Shown here piece after piece: positions 1 through 10,733 of a stretch of DNA of 64,000 nt (its first letter is position 1; each line of letters starts with the position of its first letter). Position numbers and translations under genes: made by a program. Source of the stretch: Azolla caroliniana (lineage: Eukaryota; Plantae; Polypodiophyta); NCBI GenBank assembly GCA_043228905.1, contig JBHGNT010000004.1, forward strand, positions 3,410,001 through 3,474,000, written 5' to 3'. The notes beneath the pieces were generated by a model. The model saw nothing but the letters and a program-made list of their open reading frames with translations, was not told the origin of the DNA and made no database searches.

Positions 1-811
1 ACAAAGGTGCTTAAACGGTTCAACATGTCGGAAGCAAGGCCGGTCGGATCGACCCTCCCGGCAAACTGCAAGCTGTCCAGCAAGCAAAGCCCCAAGACAA
101 AGGCTGAAAAGGAGGATATGATGAAAGTGCCGTATGCCTCAGCCGTCGGGAGCTTGATGTACGCCATGGTGTGTACGAGACCGGACATAGGATATGCAGT
201 CGGAGTGGTGAGCCGGTACATGAGCAATCCCGGCAAAGAGCATTGGAACGCGGCTAAGTGGATACTCCGATACCTGAAGGGCACGGCAAACGTGTGCCTC
301 CGATTCGGCTCCAGTAAGCCCGAACTCGACGGTTTCACCGATTCGGATATGTCGGCTGATGCAGATACCAGCCGGTCCACATCAGGGTATGTGATGACGT
401 ATGCAGGGGGAGCTGTTTCATGGCAGTCGAGGCTGTAGAAGACGGTTGCGTTGTCAACCACGGAGGCGGAGTACATGGCGGCTGTTGAAGCCGGCAAGGA
501 AATAATATGGATGAAGGACTTCATTAGAGAGCTCGGTATCCGGCAGGAGGAGTACCGGCTCTACTGCGATAGTCAGAGTGCCATCCACCTTGCGAAGAAC
601 GCGGCCTACCATTCCCGGACGAAACACATCCAGCGTAGATACCACTGGATCCGGGAAAGGATAGAAGACAAGGAGTTCGCACTGACGAAGATCCACACGG
701 ACGAGAACGGGTCGGATATGCTGACCAAAGTGCTCACACCCGACAAGCTGGAAGTATGCCGGAAGAGGATCGGATTGGAGAGACATCCCATGCCGAAGTG
801 AAGGGGGAGTT

Positions 812-1438
812 TGTTGGGTTCTCGGTCCCTCCGGATGGGATGTCCGGAGATGAATGACGGCAAGCCCGGTTGCGGTTACGGATCCGGATGACGAAGACCC
901 CGGCTACGGAGCCGGATGCTGAAGACCCCGGCTACGGAGCCGGATGCTGAAGACCCTGGCTACGGAGCCGGATGACGAATGTACCCGGAGAGAGATCCGG
1001 ATGCGGGGACATATTTGTGAATATGTTTGCCAAGGGCCCTTGAGGCTATATTTGTAAATAGCCCGAAAGTCATATGTGTATAAATATGACTTAGGGCAAA
1101 CAGTTTTATGTTGTTGCTCATTTTATGTTTTCAGCCGAGGGAGCGAAGTGAGAGCAGCCGAGAGAGAAAGAGAGAGAAAGGAAGAGGTCGACGCCTCTGT
1201 GTATTGCCGCCACCTGTGGCGAAGACAGTGAGCTCAAGGTTGTTGCCTTGTAGCTTCACCATTGTACATCTCTGTTTATAGTGATAGTTGGAGTTTGAGG
1301 ACTCCCGTGGTTTTTTTTTATTTAGGGTTTTTCCACGTAAAACATCCTGTGTACCTTTCTCTCTGTTGTCTTCGTGTATTTTGTATTTCCTGTTTTCTGT
1401 GAGTTGATCCTATTCCTCGGTTGTGGATCAGTACGACA
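812..1438 (+). repeat. 3' LTR of the copia element
   Basis: Starts TGTTG just after the PPT and ends CGACA. TATAAAT near 1079. U5 motif CCCGTGGTTTTT...AGGGTTTTTCCACGT near 1305-1337. Homologous to the LTR at 55445. Confidence 0.85.
873..979 (+). repeat. 28-bp tandem repeat (about 4 copies) in LTR U3
   Basis: Unit CGGCTACGGAGCCGGATGCTGAAGACCC, with copies starting at 873, 901, 929 and 957. Confidence 0.95.
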
Positions 1439-1920
1439 CCCGAGGAGGGCCATGAAATCGGTTCGGCTGACCGATAGGAGAAAGAAAAGGGGAAGTTCTC
1501 AAGCTTCCGATTGAGCTCAAAAATAGAAAAGTCGGCGGACCTACGGAGGGTCACAGATGAACGAATCCTCGACAGTCATGTGAAACTCTCATTACGGGAG
1601 GTGTTGGGCATGGCGAAGAAAGAATTACACGATTCCATCATCGACCTCGTAAAAAGGAAGCGGTTCTTGACTGAACCTGAAAGAGGGGACCAGTCGAAGA
1701 AAAGGCGGCCCACATCAACAAGGTAGCGATGGAAGAAGAGCTTTCGGATAGCCATTATATGAAGCCACATTGGGCAAGGGCTACGATGGAGACCCCGGTC
1801 AGAATCGGGGATGTAAAGGAGTCGGCGGTGGAGTTGATCGACCATGGATCGAAGATTAATTTAATGTCCATGGACTTTACAAGAAAGGGAAGTGGCCAAT
1901 CAACACGAAGCATGGGTGGA
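1439..1920 (+). mobile_element. Degenerate Ty3/gypsy gag-protease fragment (target of the copia insertion)
   Basis: HWARATMETPVRIGDVKESAVELIDHGSKINLMSMDF resembles a retrotransposon aspartic-protease active-site region (LIDxGSxxNLM). Frameshifted and truncated. Confidence 0.7.
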
Positions 1921-2739
1921 AGGTACATTGTTGTGAAGATTTCCGGCAACAATGAGAAAATCAAGTACAAGGGATATGCAAATGACTTGCACATGCACAT
2001 GACAAAAGGTGTATAGAAATAAGAAAGAGGGCAAAATAAATTGTAAGGGAACCTCTACCCTTGGGCTATAAAAGGGGAGAGGTGCTCACACTAAAAGGGG
2101 TCGCCCATTTTGAGTTAGGAGGGTGTACCGTTAGATTTAGGGTTTGGTAGTTTTCTCTTATTCTTCTTTTTTACCTTAGGGTTTCCACTTTGGTCTTCTT
2201 CACCCTATTTTCGTTTTAGGGTTTCATTTAGGTCTTCTTCGTCGTCGTCTTGTGGGGTTTGGTTTCATTTAGAGACTAAGTCGTGGCCCCTCCAATATTT
2301 GGGCCATTATAGATTCAAGGGAGGATAGGCCTAAATATAAGAAAGTTCATCTTATAATTACGAATTAATAATAATAAGCCATATATGTAATTTGAGGGAA
2401 TGAGTGGCTAAAATTGAACATGGCCATTATAATTAAGATACTAGAAACTTCTAGAGAAGCCTAAAAGCATCTCAACCATCCTAATGAGGGTGGTGAGTAG
2501 CCTATAAAAACCACTCAGTGTGGGAGGGGACAAATCAACAAATGGTGATGGGAATCAAGGAGTGAAGCGAAGAAGCGTAATGAATAGGTATATAATGTAT
2601 CTGAGCGTGTGTGCATATCTAGTGTCTTCCCATGCTCTTATCTTGTACCCGAGTCTACTTTTCTAGCTCATGCAATAATTGTTATTGGAGTGTTTTCATT
2701 TGATATCACCACGTTAATATGCTTGAAAAGTTGGGAATT

Positions 2740-3120
2740 CTTGATTCCTTTCTTGAAAATGGAGACGATAATTTCTAACATTGAACCTCCTCGCAAAAAA
2801 GTTTTATTCTTTCATCAGAGGACATCTTGTAGCACCCACCATGAGAACCTACCATGAGAACGTACCTTGAGAAAAGGGTAGATAGCCAACTCCCAAGTTC
2901 CCAACCTTATGTTATTTCTCTAGAAGGATTCTTGATCCAACTTGCGAAAAGTAGAAATACACCATAGGCTCTACTGATCCTTATATTATGACATTAAGCC
3001 TCTTCGCTCAAATGCTTTTGTGATTGTCCCTAAGAGTTCAAGTTGAATATTGAGATGGTTGAATGAAAGCTTTTAAATTTTCCATGTCATCATTAGCATT
3101 GGCTCTGATCCAGAGGTGAA
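2740..3120 (-). mobile_element. Highly decayed copia gag/PBS remnant
   Basis: GGCTCTGATCCA near 3101-3112 resembles the reverse complement of a tRNA-Met PBS. The minus strand gives gag-like fragments (TWKI..FERRGL). Confidence 0.35.
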
Positions 3121-3712
3121 GACAATATAATAGGGGTGTATACAAAACTGTATTGATTACCATCAAGTTTCATGCATGACAATTACATTCCATTCTGTAC
3201 TCAATATAAACTCGTGACTTACTATGAAACATTGTAGTAAAAACACCTTTCTATGAATGAACTTGGTTGTGACAACCATCCCAGGATGTTGTGCTCTATG
3301 ATACAAAACACAGGCACACAATGCAAATCAAGGACCCAGAGAAAGATTTACGATTGTATCTAGAATATCACAACCTGCCAACAGCTATTAGATTAAATGT
3401 CCTAAGCACTGAGTCTACTCATTCAAATTAAAACCATCAATCCATGGTGATCCCGACTCCCCAGATCATTGTGCTCACATTACAACATCACACGGAACCA
3501 CAAGCTTAAAATATTAAAGATAGTACACATTTTAAGGAGAAGCCAAAGAGAACACCCCTTTTATAAACATGTTATTAGAACAAGAGACAAGTTCATAAAG
3601 CAAAATGTTTATTTTATATAGCCCATCAGATGTGCAAGCATGGGAGGTGTACAATGCAGACTAATCCCACCATGGCAGCAAAAGTAGATAGATAGGTCGA
3701 AACAGCACATTG

Positions 3713-5716
3713 TCATAACAATGGTGATGGAATTGCCTGAGGGAGATTAAACAGATCCTTACCCGCAAATGGTGATGTCCACTCATGACCTGTATTTCCT
3801 GAGTTGTTGGATGCATTTTCTTGCAAAGAAGTTGGACCTACTTGCCGAACACCAGTCCGATCAGATGACTCTGACCAGAAGTTTCCCTCTCTCTGAATTC
3901 CTCTCTCTTCACTATTGTTCCAGAAATAACCTTCTCTCTCCTGTAATGTAAACAAATTCATTGAGCTTGAGAGATGTCTGATAGGACTGGTGGATGATGC
4001 ATTCATACTCCAATCGATGCTTCTGTAATCCAAATTAGGCTTTGGCCCAGTACTCCAATCAACAGAAGAATGAGCACCCCAACCAGTGAAGAGTCCATAG
4101 GTTGTAGCTGATAAACTCCATGATTGTCTAGCAGCATTTTCATTTAAGGGACCATTCCCAATCCAATTTCCCCACTGAAAAGCTGAGGGATCTGGCTGTC
4201 TTAATCTGACTGAATTGTAATGGCTTTTTGTATCTGCCATTCCAGACCCAAGACTGTCCGTAGCCTTCTTCTCTATGTTCGTCATTGCCTGTGAGCTTAC
4301 ATCACCATGAGTAGCATTAACGTAAAGCACACTTGGTGGCGACCCCACATCTGCCAAGTTGTGAGCCCAGGTGGATGGAGAAAACGGGGGTGAAGAAGTG
4401 GCATCATAATTATTCGAGGACAATGTCATTGTCTGCACATGCGGCCGAGTTTGAACTGAGTCCTTTGTTACTGTGCCCATGACAGACTCTCTATCAGGAA
4501 GAATAGTCAGCTTTGGATCCCCAAATATAAGGCCAGTATCTGTTTTCGGAATAGGTGGAAAATGGGATGCATATGGTGGCGAAACCTTTGTAGGAAGTGA
4601 TGAAAACCTTGCACCATCGCGATCGTATGTCTTCCTTTCTAAAGGTAACGAACCCTGACAATCAATTAAGGGGTTGGAGAGTTTTTGCATCGGAGAAGAC
4701 TTTTTCGGCAATCCTTCCAGCAATGTATAACTGATTACAGAATTAGGTTGTGCTGTTCCTTTAGTCGATTGTGAGGAAACCCTCTCATCCCTTCTGATTT
4801 GATAAGTTGGCTGCAATAGTACATTGTTTTTTGGTTGATTCACTCCTTGTACATGCAATGCAGCTGGTGCTGGTGTATGTTGTTCCAGTGGTTTTATGAT
4901 CACAGGTGAGTCTTTTGTACTACTTTTATGAGGGTTTCCTTTATCGCAAGTTGGAGAACTACTTCGACTATGCCTCGGCAAACTTTTCAATGCTTTTTCT
5001 AAATCCCCTTCACAAGAAACAATGACCCTTTCAATGTCAGCCCTCGGTAATTTGTACTTCTTTTCTATTTCAAGGATACGCCCAAGTTCCTCGGATATAT
5101 CTATCTTTGGATTGCTACCTGCATTCCAGTCTTCTTGCACTTGGTTTTCACCTCCCTCTAAAAGCCAAGCTACAGACTGCTCAACATGACCATCATTAAA
5201 AATGAGGGCCATTGTAGCACGCTCTTGAGAAAATCCCATTGCCACTAGCTGTTGTGAAAGAGCTTCAAGTTTCCGAGACATCAAATAACCAGTACATTTA
5301 TCTCTCAGCTCTTGTGCTCTCTTCTCCTTTTGTCGCTGATGTTTGCGCTCATTCTTCCCCCGTATCTTTTCTCCTTTATCACCTGGCATTCCACCTTGAT
5401 TCCCTGATTTTCCTGTTGTATGCTTCTCCTTCAGATCTTCAGATTCTCCCGAACAGCTACCATTGTTTGACATGCATTCCAACTCAGTTGTGCCACCGTT
5501 AGAGCTGGTGTTATCATCATCGTCTATTGTTTTGAACCTTCCATTGAGATATCCAGCTCCAGCATCTGTGGGGACAGACTCAAGAGTATGAAATGTTCCA
5601 GACAAAGGATTATAAGCACTTGCGCCAGTGCCATTACTACTCGTTGTCTGTCGACCTGAAGCTTTCTGATCCCATGCAGCTTGCCTGTCCTTTGACTTTT
5701 GCTTTGCTGGAGACAT
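3713..5716 (-). CDS. Plant UBA-domain protein (ubiquitin-associated/EF1B-type family), single coding exon, 667 aa
   Basis: Conserved blocks SAYNPLSGTFHTLE, SNNGSCSGESED, KNERKHQRQKEKRAQEL, UBA core QQLVAMGFSQERATMALIFNDGHVEQSVAWLLEG and C-terminal HEWTSPFAGKDLF. Likely 5'UTR intron at about 5770-7063 (GT at 7063-7062, AG at 5771-5770). Confidence 0.92.
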   Translation of the reverse strand: MSPAKQKSKDRQAAWDQKASGRQTTSSNGTGASAYNPLSGTFHTLESVPTDAGAGYLNGRFKTIDDDDNTSSNGGTTELECMSNNGSCSGESEDLKEKHTTGKSGNQGGMPGDKGEKIRGKNERKHQRQKEKRAQELRDKCTGYLMSRKLEALSQQLVAMGFSQERATMALIFNDGHVEQSVAWLLEGGENQVQEDWNAGSNPKIDISEELGRILEIEKKYKLPRADIERVIVSCEGDLEKALKSLPRHSRSSSPTCDKGNPHKSSTKDSPVIIKPLEQHTPAPAALHVQGVNQPKNNVLLQPTYQIRRDERVSSQSTKGTAQPNSVISYTLLEGLPKKSSPMQKLSNPLIDCQGSLPLERKTYDRDGARFSSLPTKVSPPYASHFPPIPKTDTGLIFGDPKLTILPDRESVMGTVTKDSVQTRPHVQTMTLSSNNYDATSSPPFSPSTWAHNLADVGSPPSVLYVNATHGDVSSQAMTNIEKKATDSLGSGMADTKSHYNSVRLRQPDPSAFQWGNWIGNGPLNENAARQSWSLSATTYGLFTGWGAHSSVDWSTGPKPNLDYRSIDWSMNASSTSPIRHLSSSMNLFTLQEREGYFWNNSEERGIQREGNFWSESSDRTGVRQVGPTSLQENASNNSGNTGHEWTSPFAGKDLFNLPQAIPSPLL

Positions 5717-6930
5717 TGCTGCAGATCAAACCTCAAGTTTAAGATTTTAATGGACAATAATGATTTGTCCTAGAAACAGTTGAAACAAATATCAAAATAG
5801 ATAAAAACGTATCACACCAGAAGCATTTGTTCTTGAAATAATAAAGAAAAATCAAAGACACCTATAAGAAGAAAAGGTACGAAGCCCTTCTCATAAACGC
5901 ATAAAACCAGTAAACAAATGTATAGTAGCCCGATGATACAATATTGCATCATCTACAAAACAGAATTCAAATGCACCGGTCGAAGAGAAAGGCAACAAAA
6001 TTCATCTCAAATATGGTTCCATAACACAATATAAGGAGTAAACAAAATGCTCCTGCAAAATAATCATTAGACCATGAAATTATTCATGATATGCAGACAA
6101 AAATCAAATACTCAAACAAAGAAAGGCAATAAATCATTATCAAACACAAAACAATGATGGCAATCCGTACCACAACATAAAATGCTAACAGTAAACATAA
6201 GATTTCCTCAAACACACATAAGTTTATACTTATCATAATGTTTACACAAACGGATATAATCAGCAAATCAAGCAAAAAATAAAGAATTTGGACTAAGCAT
6301 AAACTCGTGTTAACTCATGTAATCTGCAAACCAAACCGATTTCTAAAACACCTATACCAAACATAATGCTCCTGCAACCAAGCATAATGTTCCCAATACA
6401 TATAAAATTAGCAGAATATACCGAAATTACATCCTTTAGAGGAAACATAAACCCCGAAAATGATATACTAAGCAGATCATACAAAAATTAAAACGTATAG
6501 TCTAAACCTAACTGTCCCACAAATAAACAAACTCATCAGATCGTACTAAAAATATAACTCTCCAGAAAAAATGCATATCAGCATGAATGCTTGACATAAA
6601 GCATACAGCTGCAGATCCTACCAAAATACAATTTTACGACTAAACAATATACATATTCAGAAGAACACAATATGCAGCATGATTCCGAATCTGAATTCCA
6701 ACGGGACCCAAAAATACCCTTCCGCGGAATTATTCGAGTATGCCAGAACCAGTAGCACGAAAGAAGTAGATCGATAGACTCGGACAAGGTTGATAAAAAG
6801 AAGGTTCATATCATAGATCCAGGTAAAAACAAAAAAACGAAGTAAGGAGAAGGGTTCTGAAATATGGATCAGAGATCCGGGTGAAAGGTGTAAACGAAGA
6901 AAATCGTACATGAATGCCAGAAAGAAAACG

Positions 6931-7015
6931 TAGAAGAAGAAGAAGAAGAAGAAGAAGAAACAGGAAGAGCGCCAAAACGAGAAGTATACAGTCAAAACAG
7001 ACGGGGAAGGAGTGA

Positions 7016-7057
<42 letters not shown>

Positions 7058-7325
7058 CGATACCTGGTGAGATTCCACAGGTCGGCAGGCGATGGAGGAA
7101 GAGGAACAGAAAAAAAGGTCCTGCGCAGACGGTGGCGATGGAGATAAGCAGAAGCAGAAGCACCGGATGGGGGGGGATTAGGGCAAAGGGATCTTCTTCT
7201 TCTCCTTCTCCTTCTCCTTCTTCTTCTTCGTCGTCGTCCGTCTCTCTCTCTCTCTCTCTCTCTCTCTTTTCTCTCTCTCTCTCTTCTCTCTCTCTTCCAG
7301 CAGCTAAAAACACACACACTTACAG

Positions 7326-7367
<42 letters not shown>

Positions 7368-7405
7368 CTTGGCTTGGTTTGGCTTGGCTTGGCTTGGCTT
7401 GGCTT
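6931..7405. repeat. Microsatellite cluster at the 5' end of the UBA-domain gene: (GAA)n, (GA)n, (CTT)n, (CT)n, (GT)n, (GGCTT)n
   Basis: Directly visible tracts. They generate the spurious low-complexity ORFs in this interval. Confidence 0.95.
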
Positions 7406-7505
7406 AACACTACCCTTAGTAGTATTATAGTATACTTCTAGTAGTAGTAGAAGTGTACTATCAATAACACAGACAGAGACAAAGAGATCTTTTTAATGCC
7501 AATGA

Positions 7506-8810
7506 CAGATAGATAGATATATGTACCTATGAGGCCAAAAATATTGCACTTCACGTAATACATGTGAAAGTGAATAGCGAGTCTCGATGTTCAAGAACTT
7601 TACCGACAAATGTTTGCGATCGAGAGGTCACATTGTGATTGCGAGAGAAATTCGTGCGAGGATTGGGTTTGGTGTTCGAAGATGCGCGGAACGCATCTAG
7701 TCAGATGTATATGATCAAAGGCAGCGCATTGTATCAAAGTGTGATACTCAAACTCCTGAGCTTGTTTCGGGCAAGGTGTACATAGTTGACCACATCTCAT
7801 CACTTGTGCCCCCCAATGCCCTAGCTCACATCGTAATGTGTATGGAACTAAGTCACATGGAAGCAATGGTTCGAATGGTAGACAATAGGATGGGCTCTAA
7901 CACGTATTGATGTATACAGTTTTCCTAAGTGTCCATAGTCAACCACTCTCACACTTGTGCCCCAATGCCCCGTCTCACATCACAATGTGTATGGAGCTAA
8001 GTCACATGGAAGCAATGGTTCGGATGGTAGACAACAGGATGGGCTCTAACATGTATTGATGTATACGGTTTTCTTGGTCGGAGAATAATATGGTATTGTA
8101 GTTAAGTGCAACATGTGTAATATATCCCTCCACATTTTTCCCATGTCATGATGCATTGGCATTGCAAAAAGGCCTCATTTACAAAGGTATCTAGTGATGT
8201 GAAGCAATTGTGTTGCGTCCCATCTACCAAACCATTTTTCCATATCTTGCATTCAATCGAAACACAAAAAATTTCTTTTATGCATCTTTTGGATCTTTTT
8301 GCTTAGTTCCCCTGTGATTCTAAAATCAACGTGGAGGACTTTTTTGAACCTTAAGCATGTATTCAACAACCCTTTTCATGCCCATGAACTCTGAACTCAA
8401 TGGAAAGCAATCTTGTCTCATGTAGGAGGGTGCATGGATTTTGTTTCTTAACTTGTAAAAACTTCGTAAGAAAGTGCTTTGAACATTTTCAAACTCTTTC
8501 CAAGTAGAATTAGGGATGCTATCACCCCATACTTCCAACTCATAGAGAAGCACTGATGTCACCAAATTGTCGAAAAGGTATTTTTTGAGGACCCAATTAC
8601 ATTCATTCCATCTATGATTTGAAGAAACTTCAATGCCAAGATATTTAAAGCTTTCCATGCATTCAAGTGACTCATCATTGTACATAATCCATGGTTTATC
8701 TTTTTTTGGCTCTTCACAAGCATAATCTTTGTTTTAGAGTTGTTGGCACTTAATCTAGTATGCAAGCAAAAAAAAGTTGTGTGCATACTACATTGTCTAA
8801 TGGAGACCAA
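7506..8810 (-). mobile_element. LINE (non-LTR retrotransposon) 3' remnant with (ATCT)n tail
   Basis: RT C-terminal SFKYLGI (8326-8685 ORF), DMEKWFGRWD, zinc-knuckle-like CTPC...EYHTLIQC (7600-7866 ORF). GATA repeats at 7508-7519 form the minus-strand tail. Internal duplication of about 125 bp (7801-7926 vs 7952-8075). Confidence 0.8.
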
Positions 8811-10033
8811 GATGTCTTGCATTCAATCCTTACATTCTACAATGGCTCCTAGAAAAACTAGGAAAAAAGAAGAGGCATGATAATCCAAGCCTTGAACCCA
8901 AGGCCTTAAAGTTGGTAATCTAAGAGCTTGGCACTAGGATATATTACAAAAGAAAAAAGAAACTTGACCTAGAATGATTGGGTATCAATGTTTCTCTCAT
9001 ACAAAGAAATTACAATGTATATAAACATTCCCTAGAATTACTTTAATGTTGGGGCATGCTTTGTATAGACCTTTAGTTGCTTTTGTTGCCACCCGAATGT
9101 TCATCCATGGTTTATCTTGATAGGCCACTTCCCACGATTGTAGAAGTCGAGCAACACGATATTAATTTCAGAACCATGGGTGCTACATGATTCCACCTCT
9201 TCCCCAATATTGATTAGGCCTCTAATATGTCCCAAGCCCAATGAGCACAAGTGTAGTACCTTTTATCTTCATCTTGATTGAAATCATTATTTGCACCCCT
9301 TACTCCAACCATTGATATCTTCTTCATCCACATCTTCCTAGATTTTAACTGCATTATCCATCACTTGCCTCTTTCTTTAGATCGTGTCCTTTATAACCTC
9401 ATGAAATTCTTCCTTATCAATTCCATTCAAGTGGAGATAGTGGTTAGGGGAGTGAGGGAGGTATTATACATAATAGATGCCAAAGAGAATGAAGTGAAAA
9501 TTGAATTAATATGTCAAATTACACCAATGTGGTAACAACTTAATTGACTCGAGCATGTAATATAACTTAACTTACACCTCTCATATACATGTAGGGAGGG
9601 AGATTCAAACTCTTGATCATCACTTGATGGGTGAAAGCTCCTACGATAGGCTATATATTTTATAAAAACGTTTTAGTCCAAGATGTTTTCCATTCTGTAG
9701 TTGAAAAACAAGTTTAAGCTAATCCAAACAAAAACAATTATTGTAATATTCATTTTGCTTAAGTGGCTTTGAATCGTATCCATCCAATGCATATTCATTG
9801 ACTTGAAGAGCCTAAACAAATACCTTTTCGAGCTTCACAAAAGTGCAATTAACCAGTTTATTCCTTGTCTCCCCTAAATTTGATTTCTCATCTTCTATAA
9901 ATTTTAGTGTGGCCCTGTCCAATTAATGTTTTGTATAATCAAATTATTCCATGTAAAGAAGCCTTTCAAATCAATAAGGAGATCTCGTATCATCAAATTG
10001 AGATTTATTAAACCAAAACAAACATTTATGTTT

Positions 10034-10312
10034 CCACAACCAGGATAGTTATATAAATGACTGTTACAGGGTAACAATTGTTCAGAGACTATCCCAAGTT
10101 TGAGATTAAAAAAATATTTACCTAACAGCAATGCCACAACAATTATAATCATGTCAAAAGATGCATGTGGAAGTCAATCCCACAACCAGCATAATTACGA
10201 AAATGAATGTTACAGGGGAACAAATTTTCAAAGACAATCCCAAGTTTGCGATTAAAAAGATTTACCTAACAGCAATGCCACAACATTATAGTCATGCCAA
10301 AAGATGCATGTA
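10034..10312. repeat. Diverged tandem duplication, about 146-bp unit x2
   Basis: Both copies share CCACAACCAG...TGTTACAGGG...TCCCAAGTTTG...TTTACCTAACAGCAATGCCACAAC...AAAAGATGCATGT. Units start at about 10034 and 10180. Confidence 0.9.
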
Positions 10313-10733
10313 AAAGAACAGGCTATTTGCTATCTTATCTTGTTTAATTCAACTCGCATTTATATGCAGTTCAGTTAGAGTACAGTTTTCACACACTCCC
10401 AATGCCTGAAAAGCTAATGATAAAATGGTAAGCAAACTAATAATCAAATTACATATTTTATTTGGAAAACCAACTTTATTCACCTATTTGTGTCCAGAGC
10501 TGTTGAGTAGACATGAGCACACAGTCTTGAAGTCAATAGATGATACTCAACTAGTAAAAGATTCAACATTAAAATAATCATGGCTTAACCACATAACTGT
10601 AAAACAAAATTGTTCGCCCAGCTTTGTTCCCAAAGTAGAGAGAAACAAATTTTGATGGAGTAAATCAGCATTATGCTTTTAACTTTAAACACCGAGATTA
10701 TTAGCGCAATTCAAAGTGTACCAATGAGGTCAG

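Larger units (their letters stand above)
1..1438 (+). mobile_element. Ty1/copia LTR retrotransposon, 3' part (RT C-terminus, RNase H, PPT, 3' LTR)
   Basis: ORFs 7-438 and 451-801 carry copia RT/RNase H motifs (YASAVGSLMYAMVCTRPDI, DSDMSADADTSRSTSGY, STTEAEY, SRTKHI, DMLTK) in one frame, broken by a TAG at 436-438. Polypurine tract AAGGGGGAG at 801-809, then the LTR. Confidence 0.97.

Noticed and set aside
6657-7410. Long ORFs of 131-220 aa on both strands
   Set aside because: They are translations of (GA)n, (GAA)n, (CA)n and (GGCTT)n microsatellites in a 5'UTR/intron, with no domain content.
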